64,000 nt of DNA from assembly GCA_965661285.1 (NCBI GenBank), contig CBFIDD010000003.1, positions 1-64,000 on the forward strand, given 5' to 3'. This document shows, in pieces, positions 28,956 through 36,781 of the stretch (its first letter is position 1; each line of letters begins with the position of its first letter). Made by a program: the position numbers and the translations under genes. The stretch is from Poseidonia sp. (lineage in GTDB: Archaea; Thermoplasmatota; Poseidoniia; Poseidoniales; Poseidoniaceae). Under the pieces are notes generated by a model. The model was not told where the DNA came from and did no database searches. It worked only from the letters and a program-made list of their open reading frames with translations.

Positions 28956-30497
28956 TCAAGCATCGTCATCGTTGTGAAGGTCGATAACAGCATCGTCAAG
29001 ATGGGCACCCTGTTTTGCCCCATCGTTTCGAGCGTCCTCGAGTTTCTGAAGGTAAGCTTGTCCGATATCACCGGTGATGTATTCGCCGTTAAAGCAACTG
29101 GAATCGAATTGGTTGACGACCGAAGAGGGTTGCTGGGTGACCTCAATTAAATCCTCAAGGGTTTGGTAGAACAAGCGGTCGCTCCCAATCGTGGCGTTGA
29201 TCTCCTCAATGCTTCGTCCATTGGCAATGAATTCCTTGACGGCCGGCATGTCAATGCCGTAAACGTTGGGGTGGCGGACTGGAGGGGCAGCCGATGCAAA
29301 GTAGACTTTCGCCGCACCCACATCACGGGCCATTTCGATGATCTGGGCGCTGGTCGTTCCACGGACGATGGAATCGTCCACCAACAAGACATTTTTTCCG
29401 CGGAACTCATGCTCGATGGCGTTGAGTTTTCGACGAACAGATTTCTCCCTCAAGGCTTGTCCAGGCATGATGAACGTTCGACCAACATACCGGTTTTTCA
29501 CGAAACCCTCCCTGTAGGGTAAATTGAGAGCCTTTGCCATTTGCAAGGCAGCAATACGGCCCGAGTCCGGGATGGGAATGACGACATCGATGTCATGGTC
29601 GGCCCATGTTTCAAGAAGGCGTTCTGCCAAGCGTTGGCCTTGATTGAGACGGGACTGATATACCGACATACCGTCGATAACGGAATCGGGGCGGGCAAAG
29701 TAAACGTGTTCGAAAATACACGGAGAATAGCTGGCGGCAGGGGTGCATTGACGGGTGAAGATGTGGCCTGATGAACTGATGAAAATGGCTTCTCCTGGAG
29801 CGACATCCCGAATGATTTCAAAGCCTAGAGCGGAAATAGCAACGCTCTCACTGGCCACGATATACTCCGTTTGCCCATCGATTTCACGCTGACCGTAGAT
29901 CAGTGGCCTGATACCGTTCGGGTCCCGGAAGGCAAGGACGCCGTATCCTGAAATCACCGAAACGCAAGCGTACCCTCCGCGTACCCGCCCGTTCACGGCC
30001 GAGACCGCGCCAAAGATGGTCTCGATGTTGATATGGGCCTCTCCGTCAATTTGGAGTGCGGTAGAGCGCTCGACCAACTCCACGGCGAGGGCGTTGAGCA
30101 GAAGTTCGGAATCGCTTGTGGTGTTGATGTGGCGCATGCACTCGTTGCGAAGGTACCGTTCAAGCTCCTCCGCGTTGGTTAGGTTCCCGTTGTGTGCCAA
30201 GGCGATACCGTAGGGGGAATTGACGTAAAATGGCTGAGCCTCTGCACTTGAGGAAGAACCGGCTGTTGGATAACGCACGTGGCCGATTCCAACATTTCCC
30301 TCGAGGCGGAGCATGTGACGCTTGAAGAAAACATCGGAAACCAGGCCGTTGGATTTCCTTAGGCGGAAGTTTCCGTTCATATCGGTCAAAATCCCCGCAG
30401 CGTCCTGACCTCGATGCTGCAGCACCGTGAGGCCATCATAGAGCAATTGGTTCACGTGGGAGCCAGTTTGGCCAACAATTCCCAAAATGCCGCACAT
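28956..30497 (-). CDS. purF: Amidophosphoribosyltransferase
   Basis: MCGI start, [20 protein letters not shown] and [10 protein letters not shown] motifs. Confidence 0.97.
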   Translation of the reverse strand: MCGILGIVGQTGSHVNQLLYDGLTVLQHRGQDAAGILTDMNGNFRLRKSNGLVSDVFFKRHMLRLEGNVGIGHVRYPTAGSSSSAEAQPFYVNSPYGIALAHNGNLTNAEELERYLRNECMRHINTTSDSELLLNALAVELVERSTALQIDGEAHINIETIFGAVSAVNGRVRGGYACVSVISGYGVLAFRDPNGIRPLIYGQREIDGQTEYIVASESVAISALGFEIIRDVAPGEAIFISSSGHIFTRQCTPAASYSPCIFEHVYFARPDSVIDGMSVYQSRLNQGQRLAERLLETWADHDIDVVIPIPDSGRIAALQMAKALNLPYREGFVKNRYVGRTFIMPGQALREKSVRRKLNAIEHEFRGKNVLLVDDSIVRGTTSAQIIEMARDVGAAKVYFASAAPPVRHPNVYGIDMPAVKEFIANGRSIEEINATIGSDRLFYQTLEDLIEVTQQPSSVVNQFDSSCFNGEYITGDIGQAYLQKLEDARNDGAKQGAHLDDAVIDLHNDDDA

Positions 30498-30554
30498 GCG
30501 TTCGCCTCAATCCAACCAAAACGAGGTTGCTTCTTATCGTTGCGATAGGAATGT

Positions 30555-30734
30555 TCAGGCCTTTGGGCGGTGGGTCTTCTTGGACCAGTTGTACTTTCGA
30601 ATCCTCGAAGTTTCTCCGTATCCACACGATGCACAGACCTTTTTCTGCTTGTGGTACGCATTGCGACCGCAGCGTCGACATCGAATGTGGGTAGTCTTTT
30701 GTCGCTTACCCATGGACGGTGTACCTTTGGACAT
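30555..30734 (-). CDS. rpl37e: 50S ribosomal protein L37e (59 aa; absent from the ORF track)
   Basis: Hand translation: [59 protein letters not shown]. Confidence 0.97.
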   Translation of the reverse strand: MSKGTPSMGKRQKTTHIRCRRCGRNAYHKQKKVCASCGYGETSRIRKYNWSKKTHRPKA

Positions 30735-30803
30735 GCGCTCACCCGAACGACTTAGCCACCGACCACCCCCTTATGAAATCAACGGCATGGGCTTTGGGCA
30801 GTT

Positions 30804-31271
30804 TCACTCCTCTTCAAATTGAATTGAACGAGGTGGGGTGTTCATCAAACTCGCAAATAATGCACCCGCGGTCACCATCACCGCAAGGCCAAGACCGAGA
30901 ACGGTGGTGCCCAAACGAATGAGGTTTGAGAGAATTTGCGCTCGAACAGAGCCGTTGTCCTCCATCAATAACTCGCCACGAGACAAGAAAAAGACGGTCA
31001 AGGCGACACCAAGAAGCACACTGAGAACCATGCCAAGGAGAGGGGCAATGGGGCGTTTACGGGCATCGCCGTAAACGAATAAGGTCAACAGCAGAATAAA
31101 GGAAACAAACGTGAATGAGGTGAGCATGGCATTGGTGAAACGAACAAGGGCCCCTTCGCTCGAGGCAACCGATGCGAACCACACCACCAGGACGACCGAT
31201 GCAACAGGAAGAACAGCGGACACGCCCAGCCGAGTGAGCGACCGGAGCGGGGAGGTGTCACTCATCGTCAT
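30804..31271 (-). CDS. Hypothetical membrane protein (about 4 TM)
   Basis: Hydrophobic ORF overlapping the end of the upstream membrane-protein gene; start 31271 or 31265. Confidence 0.7.
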   Translation of the reverse strand: MTMSDTSPLRSLTRLGVSAVLPVASVVLVVWFASVASSEGALVRFTNAMLTSFTFVSFILLLTLFVYGDARKRPIAPLLGMVLSVLLGVALTVFFLSRGELLMEDNGSVRAQILSNLIRLGTTVLGLGLAVMVTAGALFASLMNTPPRSIQFEEE

Positions 31272-32055
31272 CCCCCCCTCCGATGTTCTTGGCGATGATG
31301 CGGCCGGCTTGATTCAGTTGGTCTCCACTCGGGGGGTCAAGGCGTTGTGGCGATGGTTGCTGGATTTCGTAGAACGCCAGAACGAGAGCGAACAGAAGAA
31401 CGGCAACAGCCGCTCCTACGACCACGCCGAAGATGTCTGCAGCAGCGAGAAGGAGTTCGCTTGAGAACCGCTGGTCGTCGACGTTCGGGCCGTCGTAAAA
31501 GGCGCCGAGCAGCATGAGAATCGCTGAAAAGATCGCAGCGACGAGCATCAACCGCTGTTCTCGTTGGCGCTCCTCGCCGACCAAGCCTACGATGGTGTAG
31601 CTCGCTGAAGCGCAGGCAAGGACGCCCAGCAGCATGGTGGGCCAAAAAATGTACCAGTACCGGTTGACCTCGCCGGGATAGGTTGGTGTCAAGACCCACC
31701 AGTGCATGGCCTCAAGCCACACCACGCCCAGCACGACCATAGCGACGCCAACGTTTCGGTCGGTTTTGCTCAAGCGGCCTACCGGGACATGGCCAGAAAA
31801 GGCGATCTGGTACAGGCCAACGCCGAGCAGGACGGCCGGTCCAACAAGACTTCCGAGCAAGTGGCCAAAGGCGCTGGAAGGTGAGAAAGGCAACGTCCAA
31901 GGCGTGAGCATCAACGAAAGCAGACCCAACGCGAGAAGGAAGAGCCCCGCTCGACGCTGCCATTGAACCTTGGAGAAAAATGACGCCATGGCACCCACGA
32001 CAACGAACAGCCCCGCGAGCCAGAAGAAAACGAAGGCTTGCGTCGCTTCTTCCAT
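31258..32055 (-). CDS. Hypothetical multi-pass membrane protein
   Basis: About 7 hydrophobic segments; start trimmed to MEEATQ. Confidence 0.7.
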   Translation of the reverse strand: MEEATQAFVFFWLAGLFVVVGAMASFFSKVQWQRRAGLFLLALGLLSLMLTPWTLPFSPSSAFGHLLGSLVGPAVLLGVGLYQIAFSGHVPVGRLSKTDRNVGVAMVVLGVVWLEAMHWWVLTPTYPGEVNRYWYIFWPTMLLGVLACASASYTIVGLVGEERQREQRLMLVAAIFSAILMLLGAFYDGPNVDDQRFSSELLLAAADIFGVVVGAAVAVLLFALVLAFYEIQQPSPQRLDPPSGDQLNQAGRIIAKNIGGGDDDE

Positions 32056-32183
32056 GGCGTGTGCTGGTCGCAGAGATTTATAGAGAATCCCACTCATAGA
32101 GGAGCAGCCCTCCGATTCCACCAAAACCGATGGCGGAGGGCATAAATACCCCCCCTCTGTGGGCTGAACGCTTAGGTGTTCAC

Positions 32184-32468
32184 ATGGTGAAGCGACCCCG
32201 TCAAGTTATGCGATACAGCCCGTCTGCTGGAAAGCACACCCTCCACACCGTGGAGCGTGTCAAGAAGCGACGTGCTTCCGAACTCCGCTGGGGTCAGCGA
32301 CGCTTCCGCCGTGTTATGGCTGGATACCGTGGTTTCCCACGTCCCAAGCCCGATGGCCGTGAAAAGCCAACCAAGCGAGTGAACATTCTCTACCGGTGCA
32401 CAGAAACCGGAAAAGCCCACTACGCACCTTGCAAGCGTGCAAAGAAATTCGAGCTTGTTGACCGATGA
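32184..32468 (+). CDS. rpl44e: 50S ribosomal protein L44e (eL42)
   Basis: KHTLHTVE, WGQRRFRR, GYRGFPRPKP and KPTKRV motifs; first gene of the conserved L44e-S27e-aIF2a-nop10-PAC2 cluster. Confidence 0.95.
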   Translation: MVKRPRQVMRYSPSAGKHTLHTVERVKKRRASELRWGQRRFRRVMAGYRGFPRPKPDGREKPTKRVNILYRCTETGKAHYAPCKRAKKFELVDR

Positions 32469-32478
32469 GGCGAATCAC

Positions 32479-32649
32479 ATGACCAACCATTTTCTTAGAG
32501 TAAGTTGCCGCGACTGCGGAAGCGAATCCATTATCTTTTCACGCGCCACGACATCCATTGCTTGCGGTGTTTGCAGCGCAACCTTGACCAAACCGGCGGG
32601 CGGCAAAGCCGACCTCGTTGGCTGCACTGTTGTGGAAGCCCTGAACTGA
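32479..32649 (+). CDS. rps27e: 30S ribosomal protein S27e
   Basis: FLRVSCRDCG...CGVC...PAGGKA motif. Confidence 0.95.
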   Translation: MTNHFLRVSCRDCGSESIIFSRATTSIACGVCSATLTKPAGGKADLVGCTVVEALN

Positions 32650-32664
32650 GGAGGCTGAGCCTCC

Positions 32665-33453
32665 ATGTCAAATCAAGACGGTGCCACCCCCGAGGAAGGG
32701 GAATTGGTGGTCGCCACCATCACCACTGTCAAACAGAACGGCGCCTATGTTCTCCTCGACGAGTACGAGGGCATTGAAGGGTTCATCTTCATTGGTGAAA
32801 TCGCCTCGGGCTGGGTCAAGAACATCCGAGGATTCGTCCGAGAAGGCCAGCGCGTGATCTGCAAAGTCATGCGAACCCGTCGAGACGGAACCTCACTGGA
32901 ACTCTCCCTGAAATCAGTCTCCGAAGAGCGACGTCGAGACCGCCTCCAGGAATGGAAAAACGAACAACGCGCCGCACAATTGATCAAAGTTCTCGGCGAG
33001 AAAGTCGGATGGGATGAGGAACAAATCGCCGAACAATCGATTGAACTCGCCGATGCCTTCGGTGGCCTTTACGCCGCCTTTGAGGAAGCAGCCATGCAGG
33101 AAGGTGCACTGCAAAACGCTGGATTTGAAGGCGACTGGTTGGCTGCATTCATTGAACTCGCCGTGGAAAACATCATTCCGCCCTTCGTCGAAGTACGGGG
33201 CATTCTCACGCTCTCAATCAACGTCACCGACGGCGTCTCCGTGATTCGCTCGGCCCTGCAGGCCGCCGAATCCCTCTCCGATGAAGAGCAAGAAATCGAG
33301 GTCAAGTGTTTCTACGACGGTGCACCATCCTATCGGCTTGAGTTGCGAGCACCCGATTTCAAAGTCGCTGAAACGATGTGGGAGCAAGCAACAACAGCGG
33401 TGATCGACCACATGACTGCCGCAGGTGGAGAAGCCACCGCACAACGAGCGTGA
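32665..33453 (+). CDS. eif2a: Translation initiation factor 2 alpha subunit
   Basis: PEEGELVV S1 domain, LDEY, WVKNIR and GAPSYRL motifs; conserved gene context. Confidence 0.95.
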   Translation: MSNQDGATPEEGELVVATITTVKQNGAYVLLDEYEGIEGFIFIGEIASGWVKNIRGFVREGQRVICKVMRTRRDGTSLELSLKSVSEERRRDRLQEWKNEQRAAQLIKVLGEKVGWDEEQIAEQSIELADAFGGLYAAFEEAAMQEGALQNAGFEGDWLAAFIELAVENIIPPFVEVRGILTLSINVTDGVSVIRSALQAAESLSDEEQEIEVKCFYDGAPSYRLELRAPDFKVAETMWEQATTAVIDHMTAAGGEATAQRA

Positions 33454-33457
33454 GCCC

Positions 33458-33697
33458 ATGGCCAAGCAACGCATGCAACAATGCCTCTCGTGTGGGGCCT
33501 TCTCACTCAACACGACCTGCCCGCTCTGTGGAGAGCGAGCTCAGGCCGCAGCGCCGTTGAAGTGGTCACCTGAAGACCATCGGGCTGCACTCCGTCGAAA
33601 GATGAACGGTGTGGAGGACGCCGCATGGCCTGCTCAACTCGCCACGTTGCCAAGCCTTGAGGAGATGAAGGCTCAATCCCCCGGTGAAGAAGAGTGA
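33458..33697 (+). CDS. nop10: H/ACA RNP protein Nop10 with short C-terminal extension
   Basis: CLSCG.FSL..TCPLCG...P.KWSPED motif; follows aIF2alpha. Confidence 0.9.
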   Translation: MAKQRMQQCLSCGAFSLNTTCPLCGERAQAAAPLKWSPEDHRAALRRKMNGVEDAAWPAQLATLPSLEEMKAQSPGEEE

Positions 33698-33788
33698 AAC
33701 GCCCGACCGGAGATGCACCTCAAATCAAGTGCAACCTGAGTCCGAGCATCTCAAACATTATACTGCGTGTTGCGTGGATTGTTAGTTC

Positions 33789-34544
33789 ATGACCATGCGA
33801 ATCGAGTGGCGAGGAAGTGCCACAGAACTTCCGCAGGGCTCAACGGCACTCGTGGCTTTTCCCGGCGTGGGCAACATTGGCAAGACCGCGGTTGATTCTG
33901 TTTGTGAACTCCATGAATCCGTTGAACTGTTGCGCCTTCACCCTGTTGGCCTCCCGCCACATGCACAACTGGACGATGACGGATTGCTCGCCCCGCCTCA
34001 CCTGAGCATTCACCACATTCACACGCCAACGGGGAAATCGCTGATCACCCTGACCGGAAAGACGCAGCCGACCGAACCCAGCCAGCAGTCCATACTGGCA
34101 GCGGAATTGATGGCGTTTTTCCAAGAACAAGGGATTTCAACCGTTCTCGTGCTCGCTGGAATGTTTGATAAACCCGAGAACAAGGAGACCTTCGCCGTGG
34201 CAAGTTCAACCTCCTTCCGCATCGACATGGAATCCATGGGCGTTGATGTTCGCCGAGATAAACCAAAATCCGGAGCCATTGGCATGCCAGCCCTGCTGGC
34301 CTCTACGGGCCCGCTGTACGGCATCAACTCAGCGTGCATCATCGCCACCAGCGTGGGCTCAAGTGCCGACATCATGGGTTCACAACGCATGCTTGAACAC
34401 CTTGAGCGGTGGTTTGAATTTGGATTGACCGTTCCAACCGATGGTGGAGAATGGTTGCGAGAAAAACTCGAAGCCATTGCACCAGCCGTGAAAGAGGACC
34501 TTGTGAAGGAAATGACCGCATCCCATGATGCGTTCTATATGTGA
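33789..34544 (+). CDS. PAC2-family proteasome assembly chaperone
   Basis: AFPGVGNIGK, GKTQP and GAIGMPALL motifs; conserved position after nop10. Confidence 0.88.
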   Translation: MTMRIEWRGSATELPQGSTALVAFPGVGNIGKTAVDSVCELHESVELLRLHPVGLPPHAQLDDDGLLAPPHLSIHHIHTPTGKSLITLTGKTQPTEPSQQSILAAELMAFFQEQGISTVLVLAGMFDKPENKETFAVASSTSFRIDMESMGVDVRRDKPKSGAIGMPALLASTGPLYGINSACIIATSVGSSADIMGSQRMLEHLERWFEFGLTVPTDGGEWLREKLEAIAPAVKEDLVKEMTASHDAFYM

Positions 34545-34549
34545 GAGAG

Positions 34550-34632
34550 CGCCGAGAGAGGGATTTGAACCCCCGCGTCCAAGGGACAGTGGATTTCGAA
34601 TCCACCGCAATACCGGGCTATGCGACCTCGGC
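34550..34632 (-). tRNA. tRNA-Ser (anticodon CGA), intron-less, CCA not encoded
   Basis: Minus strand: acceptor stem GCCGAGG/TCTCGGC, anticodon arm GTGGA-TTCGAAA-TCCAC, long variable arm, T-loop GGTTCAAATCC, discriminator G. Confidence 0.95.
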
Positions 34633-34658
34633 TCTGCCCCCCGGCTCTTGCGCCACCG

Positions 34659-34665
34659 TCATAAG
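34659..34665. promoter_or_regulatory. Putative TATA-like element (TCATAAG/CTTATGA) shared by divergent tRNA-Ser and SAMP genes
   Basis: Nearest edge is 27 nt from the tRNA 5' end and 23 nt from the SAMP ATG. The same heptamer occurs at 22105-22111, upstream of the ATG at 22134. Confidence 0.45.
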
Positions 34666-34687
34666 CATGATGTTTGGTCGGGATGTC

Positions 34688-34888
34688 ATGGAGGTTCACT
34701 TCCACGGCAGGGATGTCGACACCAAGGTGGAGGTGGAACCAGGCTGTACGGTGCGCCAAGCGCTGGAACAAGCCAACGTCTTACCGTCGATGGTGATCGT
34801 GAGCTACGAGGGGACGGTCCTTCCCCATTCAACGCCGCTCCAGCAAAGCGTGGAGCTCCTGGTGACCACGATCTCCTCAGGCGGCTGA
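34688..34888 (+). CDS. Ubiquitin-like small archaeal modifier protein (SAMP / MoaD-ThiS family)
   Basis: 66-aa beta-grasp-like protein ending in ISSGG. Confidence 0.85.
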   Translation: MEVHFHGRDVDTKVEVEPGCTVRQALEQANVLPSMVIVSYEGTVLPHSTPLQQSVELLVTTISSGG

Positions 34889-36730
34889 ACGCTCAACGCG
34901 TTCGATGATCTGCAACCGAGAATTTCTCGTGTAGTCACAGCGAATTTCCGAGGCCCAAGCGTCCAATCCGACGTTGGCAACCACAACAACATCACCAACT
35001 TCCAGCATGGCGTATTGGGAATTCCAGTCGTCGGCCCAACCTTCCACCTTGCAAGCACCGGTGTGGTCCATCAACATGAGGCCCTTTCTCGACCACGCTT
35101 TCCCGTTTTTCCCGACGCCCGATTTTTCATAGGTGTAGACCACCGTGCCGCCCACATTGTATTTGGCCTGATAATCAAACAAGTCAAAGGATTCCACATC
35201 GGGGTCCTCATCTGCCTCCAATCGAGAAAACGGGTCCATTTTCAGCACGATTTCACCCTTCCAGTTGATGGTGAAAATGGCATCTTTGAGCAACACCTTC
35301 GCCCCCTTCATGGCGGGTACGGCGACCGTCGGCTCACCATCAGAGGCTGAGGTCGCCACGACTTGGATATGCGCTTTGTTGACGCCCTGTTTCAAGGTCA
35401 TTTTCAATGGTATGTTATCCTTTACATAGCCTACTGAGAACAATTCTCCACGCACCGTCGCCCGAGGATTCAGTGCACCAATTTCGTGAACGGTCGTCTC
35501 TTGGTTGAATCCCGGAAGTTGCACCTTTCCGGGGAGACGTTCGTCGTCGGTGCCGTCTCCACCCGGGCAAACCGCACGCCAGTCACACGAATCACATCGT
35601 GATACAGAAGGTGCCTCAGCGGGCACACCCCCAGGAGAAAACCCTCGCATCGCACTGGGTGTTGGAGGACAATCGAGCAGTTGCGGTGCGTTTTCCTTGA
35701 GTTCCTCCCAGAGCGTTTTCATCTCTGTTTCAATCGCTTCCATCTCCTCAACGGTTGGCACGGCGACCGACTTGATGCTCGGGTGGCCGAGGTACCAAAT
35801 TTCGAGACCACCCACCGATTCTTGGCGCTGGTGCGTCATGTACCAAAGCATGGCATACATCTGCAATTGTTTAACATAGTCTCCAGAACGGTCGTTCGCC
35901 CCCAGGCTGGCTTTGAGGTCAACGATGACGGGTGTGCCCGACCACCGGTACACAAGGTCGTACTCCCCTTGGAACCAGTGTTCCGGGTGTATGGCGTTCA
36001 TGGTAAATTTTGGTGCGCTGGGATCGACGAACCACGGTCGGGCGAGTTCCCAAGCCTCCGTCCACGAGACGTGACCTTCTCCTGCGAGTGGATGGCCGCC
36101 TGAGAACGATTCGTGAGGGAAGCCATCGGGTGCCGGCCACGTTGGCCGTTCGCCTCTTCGCCACGCATCTTTGCTTTGGCCGCCGTCCGCTTGGAAGCAA
36201 CGCTCCACCTCATCCAAATGGAAGCGAAGTGCACTTTCGACCATGTGCATGCAGCGCTCTTGGTCAACCTCGCTCCAATCACCTGCTTTTCGTTCGTCCT
36301 TTTCCCACTCGAGGCGCATACGTTCCAAAGCCGGAGGAAGATGAACTCGGCACCGCTCAAGCGCCCATGCCTCGAGGTCGGACTTCGATTGGGGTACTTC
36401 CGTCGGGAACAATGGCATCAAGCCCATGGAGGGCCAAACGTATTCGCCTTGCGGGAGTGGCGTGCCGTCCTCAGCATACGGCGAGGTGCCAATGGTGTAC
36501 TCGCCAGCGTTGGCGAGAAGAAAACCAGGTGATTCCCGAAGGACATGGCAAACGGCTTCTTCCACCGCTCTTCCGACAAAGAGAACGGGTATCTGAGGCA
36601 TCTTGAACCGGTAGACTTTCTGGTAATACCAGAGGCGAGGGCAAGCCGTGTAGGTGTTTGCTTGGCTTGCTGAAATCCGGTTGTATGGCCCGACCGTGTC
36701 CTCCTCGCTGTTGGCCATGTGAACCGGCAT
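34877..36730 (-). CDS. PD-(D/E)XK nuclease (Cas4/AddB-like, Fe-S staple) fused to C-terminal OB folds; paralog B
   Basis: ISASQ...ACPRLW, GEYDLV...IVDLKAS, QLQMYA and CDSCDWRAVCP motifs; C-terminal RPA-like OB fold (LMDHTG.CKVEGW...GDVVVV). Start uncertain (36760, 36730 or 36718). Confidence 0.85.
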   Translation of the reverse strand: MPVHMANSEEDTVGPYNRISASQANTYTACPRLWYYQKVYRFKMPQIPVLFVGRAVEEAVCHVLRESPGFLLANAGEYTIGTSPYAEDGTPLPQGEYVWPSMGLMPLFPTEVPQSKSDLEAWALERCRVHLPPALERMRLEWEKDERKAGDWSEVDQERCMHMVESALRFHLDEVERCFQADGGQSKDAWRRGERPTWPAPDGFPHESFSGGHPLAGEGHVSWTEAWELARPWFVDPSAPKFTMNAIHPEHWFQGEYDLVYRWSGTPVIVDLKASLGANDRSGDYVKQLQMYAMLWYMTHQRQESVGGLEIWYLGHPSIKSVAVPTVEEMEAIETEMKTLWEELKENAPQLLDCPPTPSAMRGFSPGGVPAEAPSVSRCDSCDWRAVCPGGDGTDDERLPGKVQLPGFNQETTVHEIGALNPRATVRGELFSVGYVKDNIPLKMTLKQGVNKAHIQVVATSASDGEPTVAVPAMKGAKVLLKDAIFTINWKGEIVLKMDPFSRLEADEDPDVESFDLFDYQAKYNVGGTVVYTYEKSGVGKNGKAWSRKGLMLMDHTGACKVEGWADDWNSQYAMLEVGDVVVVANVGLDAWASEIRCDYTRNSRLQIIERVERSAA

Positions 36731-36781
36731 GTCACAAGGACACCCTCCACTCTTTTTCAAGCCTCAGTGCGGTGATGGTGC

